A DNA stretch of 64,000 bases from an uncultured Rhodohalobacter sp. (GTDB taxonomy: Bacteria; Bacteroidota; Rhodothermia; Balneolales; Balneolaceae), in the NCBI GenBank assembly GCA_964644975.1, contig CAZXYQ010000002.1, forward strand, positions 5,570 to 69,569, in the 5' to 3' direction. The notes beneath the pieces are model-generated. The model was not told the DNA's origin and made no database searches. It was given only the letters and a program-made list of their open reading frames with translations. The translations under genes were made by a program, and so were the position numbers. Below, in pieces: positions 57,441-64,000 of the stretch (within the stretch, counting starts at the first letter, position 1; every line of letters starts with the position of its first letter).

Positions 57441-60017
57441 ATGATAAAACGATTACTACTACTCACGATATTTAGTTTCACGCTCACATCACTCGCCTTT
57501 GGACAGCTGTTTGAAGATTTTGAGGAAGGATCGACCCCAGGTTATACGACGGGGCAGGTTACTCTTCCAACTGGAAATTGGAATTTCAATGATGCGCTTA
57601 TTGGGTCAGATGCGCGTGATTTTAAAAATGGTAATCAATCCGTGCGCGTCAGAAATGGTGGTATTGGTATGGGTTTCGATTTCTCAAACGGTGTATCAGA
57701 ATTTTCTTTCTATGCATCAAATTCTGGATTTGCTAACGATGTTGGAGGTGTATTGGAACTATATCTTTCAACGGATTCTGGCAGTACCTGGAATATTGTT
57801 GAAGATGATATTGAACTAACTGACACTCTCGAACAGTACACGTATCAAGTAAATGAAAATGGTTCTGTAAGATTCAGAATTGACAAGATTGCGGGTGGAA
57901 GAATAAACATCGATGATGTTCTACTTGAGCCGTTTGTTGAAATTTCTGAAAATCCTTCCATTTCTATTCGTCGAGGAAACGATACAGTAGAAGAAGGCTC
58001 TGAACTCTCTTTTCCTATCATAAGTGTAGGTGCAAGCAGAACCATCGATCTGCAAGTCCGCAATAATGGGGAACCTGATCTTGAGATTTCGAATGTAACT
58101 TTCCAAAACGGAACAGCTTTTTCTGCTGAAATAAATACAGATCAAGCCATTGAAACAGGACAAAACCAACTGCTGTCTGTTACATTCTCTCCACCTTCTC
58201 CGGAACTGTTTAATGATGTTTTAACTATTTCTTCCAACGATCCGGATCAACCTGAATTTACACTTACATTTAGAGGTGAAGCGCTCTCTACGGATGATAT
58301 AATTCCTATTTCCGAGGCAAGAAATTTACCAATCGGTACGGTCGTAACGGTTACCGGCTGGTTGACGGTTACAGATGAATTTAGCGGCCCTGTTTACTTC
58401 CAGGATGAATCTGGAGGCATTGCCTGGTACAACGGATCTTTGATGCGTAATAATGGATTTAACCTGGAGGTTGCCAGGGGTGACTCTCTGGTTTTAACAG
58501 GCGAATTGGGCGAGTTTAATGAGTTATTACAGATTGTAGGATCTCAGGATGCGATTCAGTATGAAATTTATCCTGAAGGAAACCGTGAAGTTTTACCGTT
58601 GGATATCTCTGTTGCACAACTTAATTCAGGAGAGTATGAAGGCCGGCTGATTCGAATTAACAATTTTGAAATCGATCATTCAGGGGCTTTTCAAGGGGGA
58701 CAAAACTATACGATAACCGATCAAACCGGTGAAGGACAGTTTCGTGTAGATCAACAAACCAATGTACCGGGCTCTCAAGTACCTCAGCAGCCTTTAGATG
58801 CCGTTGGTGTTGCCGGACATTTTAACGGAACGAATCAAATCATTCCCCGAGATACGGATGATCTTAATATAGAACCGTTCACGTATCCCGGTGAAGACAT
58901 TCCTAAAAATCAAACTTTTGATGTAGTTACCTGGAATATTGAATGGTTTGGGCACTCCGGAAATGGTCCGGATGATCTGGATTTGCAGATGAATAATGTA
59001 ATTGAAGTGATTCGCACGATTGATGCCGATCTGTATGCGCTTCAGGAGATCGCTAATGAACAACGGTTTTTTGCACTGGTTGACAGTCTCGAAGGGTATG
59101 ATGGATTTTGGGCGGACTACATTACACAAAACCAAAAAATGGCGTACATCTATAAAACGGACGTGATTCAGAAAATCAACAGTGGTCCGCACATGACGAA
59201 TCAGGATCCGTTCGACTGGGCTTTCAGGCTGCCGCTCTGGTTTGAATTTGATGCAACCGTCAATGATGTTACCCGTCGAATCAGGTCATACAACACACAT
59301 GCAAAGGCGATATCCGATGAAGATTCATACAACCGACGTGTGATGGCCTCTTTACGCATGAAAGAGTATCTCGACAGTTTCAGAACAGACGATAACGTTA
59401 TCTTTATTGGTGATTATAATGACCGTCTGATCACCGCGACGTTCGATGACCAAGAATCTCCCTACAGCAACTTTGTTGATGACGGGAATTACTACACCAT
59501 AACGTACGATCTGGAAGAACGTGGTTTTGCATCTTACATAGCAGGTCGATTCAGAAGTATGATTGATCACATCACCGTTACTAACGACCTGATCGAAGAT
59601 CATATAGATGGTGCACAGCGGGTCGAAAATCCCAATTACATCGGGAGTTTTATCTCCACTACATCCGACCACGCACCGGTATGGACACGGTTTGATTTCA
59701 GCCGAAGCCTGGTGAGTACAGAAGATGATTATATTTCAGAATCACCTGAAATGTTTGAACTCAAACAAAACTATCCGAACCCGTTCAATCCAACCACAAA
59801 CATCTCATTTAACGTGCCGGAGCGTGCGGACGTGTCGCTGAAAGTTTATGACGTAATGGGGCGTGAAGTGGCTTCAATCGCTAACAACCAATCATTCTCG
59901 CGGGGTGCACACACTCTGGCATTTGATGCTTCAAGTCTGTCGAGTGGAATGTACATCTACCGGCTTACGCTGAATAACGGCATGAGTTTATCACGCAAAA
60001 TGATGATTGTGAAGTAA
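57441..60017 (+). CDS. T9SS-secreted endonuclease/exonuclease/phosphatase (EEP) nuclease with Ig-like and OB-fold domains
   Basis: Signal peptide; Ig-like (NNGEPDLEIS...ISSNDPD); OB-like repeats (ISEARN...YFQDESGGI); EEP motifs TWNIEWF, ALQEI, GDYND, IDHI, SDHAPV; CTD QNYPNPFNP. Confidence 0.88.
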   Translation: MIKRLLLLTIFSFTLTSLAFGQLFEDFEEGSTPGYTTGQVTLPTGNWNFNDALIGSDARDFKNGNQSVRVRNGGIGMGFDFSNGVSEFSFYASNSGFANDVGGVLELYLSTDSGSTWNIVEDDIELTDTLEQYTYQVNENGSVRFRIDKIAGGRINIDDVLLEPFVEISENPSISIRRGNDTVEEGSELSFPIISVGASRTIDLQVRNNGEPDLEISNVTFQNGTAFSAEINTDQAIETGQNQLLSVTFSPPSPELFNDVLTISSNDPDQPEFTLTFRGEALSTDDIIPISEARNLPIGTVVTVTGWLTVTDEFSGPVYFQDESGGIAWYNGSLMRNNGFNLEVARGDSLVLTGELGEFNELLQIVGSQDAIQYEIYPEGNREVLPLDISVAQLNSGEYEGRLIRINNFEIDHSGAFQGGQNYTITDQTGEGQFRVDQQTNVPGSQVPQQPLDAVGVAGHFNGTNQIIPRDTDDLNIEPFTYPGEDIPKNQTFDVVTWNIEWFGHSGNGPDDLDLQMNNVIEVIRTIDADLYALQEIANEQRFFALVDSLEGYDGFWADYITQNQKMAYIYKTDVIQKINSGPHMTNQDPFDWAFRLPLWFEFDATVNDVTRRIRSYNTHAKAISDEDSYNRRVMASLRMKEYLDSFRTDDNVIFIGDYNDRLITATFDDQESPYSNFVDDGNYYTITYDLEERGFASYIAGRFRSMIDHITVTNDLIEDHIDGAQRVENPNYIGSFISTTSDHAPVWTRFDFSRSLVSTEDDYISESPEMFELKQNYPNPFNPTTNISFNVPERADVSLKVYDVMGREVASIANNQSFSRGAHTLAFDASSLSSGMYIYRLTLNNGMSLSRKMMIVK

Positions 60018-60115
60018 ATAAGACCCTGTAAATCCCGGATTCATTTGATAAGATGAATTACAGATTAGAATTCGGGGAGTGGTTGACTTTAAAACAGCAT
60101 TAATCAGATTCAAAT

Positions 60116-60164
60116 GGCACGTATCACCCCGAGCTTTTAGCATGGGGGGGATCCGTGCTTTTTT
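60116..60164 (+). terminator. Rho-independent terminator
   Basis: GGCACGTATCACCCC...GGGGGGATCCGTGCTTTTTT, ~100 bp after the nuclease stop. Confidence 0.65.
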
Positions 60165-60781
60165 ATTTATATCTGATTGCGCTCAAATGATCGTACGAAT
60201 TCACTTGTTACTAACTTCAATTGAAAGATCAAGACACGAACCGTTGTTTTAGTATAGAGGTTTTCCGAAATGGTCAAGTCTAAACAATAGTTACGTATTA
60301 TTGATATATGGATAGCGATCAAGAGTATTCTTCAAAACTGGGAAAAGTTAAAAGGGGCACCATCATGCAAACTGAAGCCCCGTGTCAGGCAAGACAAATT
60401 TGATGGTAAAAATCATTTTTTCGCCCTCACATTTTACAGTTTTTTCTATCTCAACACTAGATGTGCTGCCTCACAAATGCCCTTGGGAAGGACTTTTGTA
60501 TCGCACCATTCTGGAATCTGATTAGCAAACTTCTTTCTGTATCTAAACCATATTCTGCACAGGAAATCGATTTGCTTTATCTATTTTTTTGAAGGGCCTT
60601 ATATCTGTAATTATTACTATTACATGAGTTTAGAAACTTTATTATGAATACAATTGTTGTATAAAAAGTATGTTTTTAGCTTGAGAATAATTTGTAGTGA
60701 TAGATAAATTATCACAACTTTTTCTCATCTATAATAATGCATTATTAAATAGTTTTAATAACCATAATTAATCCCTACGCC

Positions 60782-61336
60782 ATGAAAAAATTAATTGCAT
60801 TTACCATATCTGCATTGTTTGCTTTATTTATTCTTTTTTCAATTAATGAGAGTGCTGATGCGCAGGACTTAGGAGACTCAATGCTTGTTACAAATCCGGG
60901 TGATATCACGTTTGGTGCCGGATTTATTCGCGGCAGCAGTACAGGACTACTGGAAAATACTGAAACTGGGATAAACGGTCAGATTTTCTTCACGGTAACT
61001 GAGGAATTCAGAGGTGGCGCAGATTTCACTTATTATTTTATCGGAGAACGTGAACTTAATGCGAATGAACTAAACTTTAATGTGCACTATTTTCTGCGCA
61101 ACAGGAACAGATTAACTATGTATGGATTGGGTGGCATAAATATATCAAATACATCCGGCAGCAATGACAGGTGGCTTGAGCGAGAAGGTGATCCGGATAC
61201 ACAAAAAGTTGGCCTGAATATCGGCGGTGGTATTGATTTTCGAGTCGGTAACCTTTCTATATTCGGAGAGCCTAAACTGACACTGCTTGGTTTTAATCAA
61301 TTTGCTGTGACTGGCGGAGTCAGGTACATCCTTTGA
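60782..61336 (+). CDS. Small outer-membrane beta-barrel protein
   Basis: Signal peptide, amphipathic strands (GLNIGGGIDF, FGEPK, VTGGVRYIL). Confidence 0.82.
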   Translation: MKKLIAFTISALFALFILFSINESADAQDLGDSMLVTNPGDITFGAGFIRGSSTGLLENTETGINGQIFFTVTEEFRGGADFTYYFIGERELNANELNFNVHYFLRNRNRLTMYGLGGINISNTSGSNDRWLEREGDPDTQKVGLNIGGGIDFRVGNLSIFGEPKLTLLGFNQFAVTGGVRYIL

Positions 61337-61473
61337 TGAAAATTTGAAGGGTTTAGCCCGGCTATTTCTGTCATTAACTTACTCCAAGAGCTAAAGTTTG
61401 TGAGTTCAAAAAATAATTTTGCTACCTTTCATTTATAGAATATCACATCAGATTTTTATATGTCATCAGCTGT

Positions 61474-62556
61474 ATGAATAATACCCAAAATTTAAACGGA
61501 GATGAGCCACGTTTCCGAATGCCCGCTGAGTGGTCTGATCACTCCGGCACCATGTTGATCTGGCCACACAACCGAAATACATGGCCCGGCGATCGACTCG
61601 ATAACGTTGAAAAAGTTTATTCTACCATCGTTCGAACGTTGCTGAATTATGAGCCGGTGCTCTTGTTCGTTAATGATGAAACTGTACGGAAACGTGCTAT
61701 GAACAAACTGGGGAACACCAAATCATTGCCCCACACTTTGAAAATAATTGAAGCGCCTGTGAACGATATGTGGGCGAGAGACAGCGGGCCTATTTATGTA
61801 AAGGATCTGAACGACGGGCGGTTCAAAATTACGGATTGGGAGTTCAATTCATGGGGAGGTAAATATCCGCCATGGAGTGATGATAACAGGTTGCCTGAAA
61901 CAATATCTGAGCTGTCCTCTGCGCCTTGTTATAAAACAGGAATGGTGCTTGAGGGAGGATCGATAGAGACAAACGGTGAGGGTCTGTTTTTGACGACTGA
62001 GTCGGTGCTTTTAAATCCGAACCGGAACCCAACTATGTCCAGGGATGGAATTGAGAATATGCTGGAAAAATTCTTGGGTGCTGAAAAAGTAATATGGCTC
62101 AACCGGGGGCTGCAAGGGGATGATACAGACGGCCATATTGACGATCTAACCCGGTTTGTAAACAAAAATACAGTCATTACAACTGTTACTTCTGATGAAA
62201 CGGACCCCAACTATGAGGCTTTACAGGAAAATCTGGAGACTTTACAAAGCAGCACGGACCAGACCGGAAATCCGCTTCATATTATTCAGGTTCCGCTACC
62301 TGATACAATCGTAGAATCTCCCACTGTAGACGGTTCAGATCATGTTCCATCGAGTTACGCCAATTTTTACATTGCAAACGGGGTGGTTGTGTTGCCACTA
62401 TATGATGAAGCTACAGATCAGAGCCTGCTCGACCTTTTTTCAAATTTATTTCCCGGCAGGGTAATTGAAGGAATACCTTGTAGTGATCTTGTTTGGGGAC
62501 AGGGAAGCATACACTGCATTACACAGCAACTCTACGGACATGAATTTGCCCGTTAA
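61474..62556 (+). CDS. aguA: Agmatine deiminase family protein
   Basis: RMPAEW, WARDSGP, LEGGSI, DDTDGHID, SYANFY, GSIHCITQQ. Confidence 0.93.
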   Translation: MNNTQNLNGDEPRFRMPAEWSDHSGTMLIWPHNRNTWPGDRLDNVEKVYSTIVRTLLNYEPVLLFVNDETVRKRAMNKLGNTKSLPHTLKIIEAPVNDMWARDSGPIYVKDLNDGRFKITDWEFNSWGGKYPPWSDDNRLPETISELSSAPCYKTGMVLEGGSIETNGEGLFLTTESVLLNPNRNPTMSRDGIENMLEKFLGAEKVIWLNRGLQGDDTDGHIDDLTRFVNKNTVITTVTSDETDPNYEALQENLETLQSSTDQTGNPLHIIQVPLPDTIVESPTVDGSDHVPSSYANFYIANGVVVLPLYDEATDQSLLDLFSNLFPGRVIEGIPCSDLVWGQGSIHCITQQLYGHEFAR

Positions 62557-62603
62557 ACCGATCTAAACCGGATTATTTACAAGGAATTTTTAAATCACTC
62601 CGT

Positions 62604-63386
62604 CTAACTTCCTTCATGGGCCGCAACATAACCGATACGTTGCCAAATTTCACTTCTAACCAGGTCGCGTGTGGACCATACGTGTTCAAAAAACTCCATC
62701 AAATTCACGTCAGGATTTTGAGAACGAATCAGTTCTTCATTAAATCCAAATTCAACATGTTTTAGGTCTGAAAAATAGTTACCTGTGGCAAAGTTATAGC
62801 CATAATTTATACCTCCGGGGGTAATTAACTGGTACATTTCCCACCCCTGCATATTTCCACGTTCCATTCGCTGTTTATGAAGCGGTTTGGCAACTTCATC
62901 TTCAAGCATTTGATATTCCAGCTCACGCCCGAGCCGAACCGCCATATAATCCATCATCAGAAAGTTACTGGGTTCCTGGGTCATGTCATGAACAACACTG
63001 TTACGAACTCTCCAAAGCTCGGAACCGGCAAGCTTGTACATATCGCGTTCAGAAAATTTCAATATCTGGTCGGGTTCATGATTATTCGGCTCATCAAAGG
63101 CATCTATGGACGATGCGGCTGTAATACTTACATAATTATAATCCATGGAACCGCTTCCAGAGTAGACAACACGGTAGGCTATCCAGGATTCAATATCTCC
63201 TGACGAGTGACGCTCATTTTTGTGATCCTTCAGCTGCGGCACAATGCGGTCATTGAACTCAGTTAACTGAGCGTGGTCAACTACTAAGTAGTCAATTTTT
63301 AAATAGACACCTTGTTTTGATTGCGAATACAGAAGAATAGGGAGTAGAACAGCGGCCAGGGTGAGTTTTAGTATTCGTGCTACCAT
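62604..63386 (-). CDS. Hypothetical exported protein with internal duplication
   Basis: Signal peptide; two similar halves (YLKIDY...GDIESW...YNYV...SELW and FLMMDY...GNMQGW...YNFA...SEIW). Confidence 0.78.
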   Translation of the reverse strand: MVARILKLTLAAVLLPILLYSQSKQGVYLKIDYLVVDHAQLTEFNDRIVPQLKDHKNERHSSGDIESWIAYRVVYSGSGSMDYNYVSITAASSIDAFDEPNNHEPDQILKFSERDMYKLAGSELWRVRNSVVHDMTQEPSNFLMMDYMAVRLGRELEYQMLEDEVAKPLHKQRMERGNMQGWEMYQLITPGGINYGYNFATGNYFSDLKHVEFGFNEELIRSQNPDVNLMEFFEHVWSTRDLVRSEIWQRIGYVAAHEGS

Positions 63387-63570
63387 GTGATCTCCATTTT
63401 TTTTATTTGCGAATACTTATATTTAATAAAATAATATCATATATCTAAATTATTTCATTAATGCTCATTGCGTGTAATTAAAACCTGAGTTCGATTGTTA
63501 AATCATAATTGTAAAAGCCCCCCTTAAAAAAGAGAGATGCTCATAAAAATATGGTAAAACCAATGTACAG

Positions 63571-63636
63571 CCTCTAAATTTCACTGCGCTTGCGCTGCGT
63601 GTTCAAAAGATGAGCCCCTTGTTAGGTGAGACTTCT
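63571..63636 (-). repeat. Dispersed ~65-bp intergenic repeat, copy 2
   Basis: Reverse complement AGAAGTCTCACCTAACAAGGGGCTCATCTTTTGAACACGCAGCGCAAGCGCAGTGAAATTTAGAGG matches 32267-32333. Confidence 0.65.
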
Positions 63637-63964
63637 TCTTGATTATTTATTAAGGATTTTGATCCGAACTCCGGTTTATAAATAGAATTTCACGCAACGG
63701 TATCTGCCAAATGCCGAGTTTATAAAGGATCTCTACTCAAAGGAAGTTTGTGTGCTTTCTGCATCACAAATGAGTGTACACATCTTTTCATGCATGAAAT
63801 TCCGTAATCAGATGGGATTACCTTTTCCGAATCATATGAAGGCCTGGAGCATGTCCCGGCTTTTTCGGTGATTAAATCCATCTACAGGCGTGGACTCAAT
63901 GAAGAAAATATCTGGTTAACTCTGCGCTTCTCACACAATATAGCATAGTTCCCAATCTTCGATA

Positions 63965-64000
63965 TTACTGCAGCAGCAGGTCCATCAGGTAGAGCGTGCC
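63965..64000 (-). CDS. Possible 3' end of a gene entering from beyond the window
   Basis: Minus strand reads GTLYLMDLLLQ-TAA with coding-like codon usage; only 12 codons are visible. Confidence 0.3.
   Translation of the reverse strand, partial: GTLYLMDLLLQ

Noticed and set aside
226-63203. Numerous 60-180 aa ORFs antisense to or overlapping the called genes
   Set aside because: They are shadow frames of well-supported genes with no independent motifs.

Overview
A chromosomal 64-kb window from a moderately AT-rich bacterium. T9SS C-terminal sorting domains, acidic secreted proteins and gene order suggest Balneolota (Balneolaceae/Rhodohalobacter-like); this assignment is inference. Most of the window is housekeeping: uvrC, an ECF sigma/anti-sigma pair, parAB, tkt, ccmB-holB-dapF, ptsN-like/dacB/ntrX-like/folD/dcp, accC-murQ, a SurA/PPIase-MoxR-VWA operon, tdk-nupC and agmatine deiminase. 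It also holds two T9SS cargo proteins and a phenylacetate (paa) cluster lacking paaA. The unusual signals are mostly intergenic. Every junction of the paa cluster carries an insert: an inverted heptamer-repeat hairpin, a heptamer-flanked four-helix-bundle pseudogene, an orphan secreted ORF, a FitAB/VapBC module, and a 328-bp TIR/TSD-bounded MITE after the last gene. There is also a ~365-nt nested-stem candidate structured RNA or element (25136-25499), a dispersed ~65-bp repeat, a decayed LuxR-type regulator facing an orphan TPR histidine kinase, two apparent pseudoenzymes, and a secreted nuclease divergent from tdk-nupC. I saw no rRNA, tRNA, CRISPR array, transposase or prophage. All product calls come from motif recognition in the translations, not database searches.
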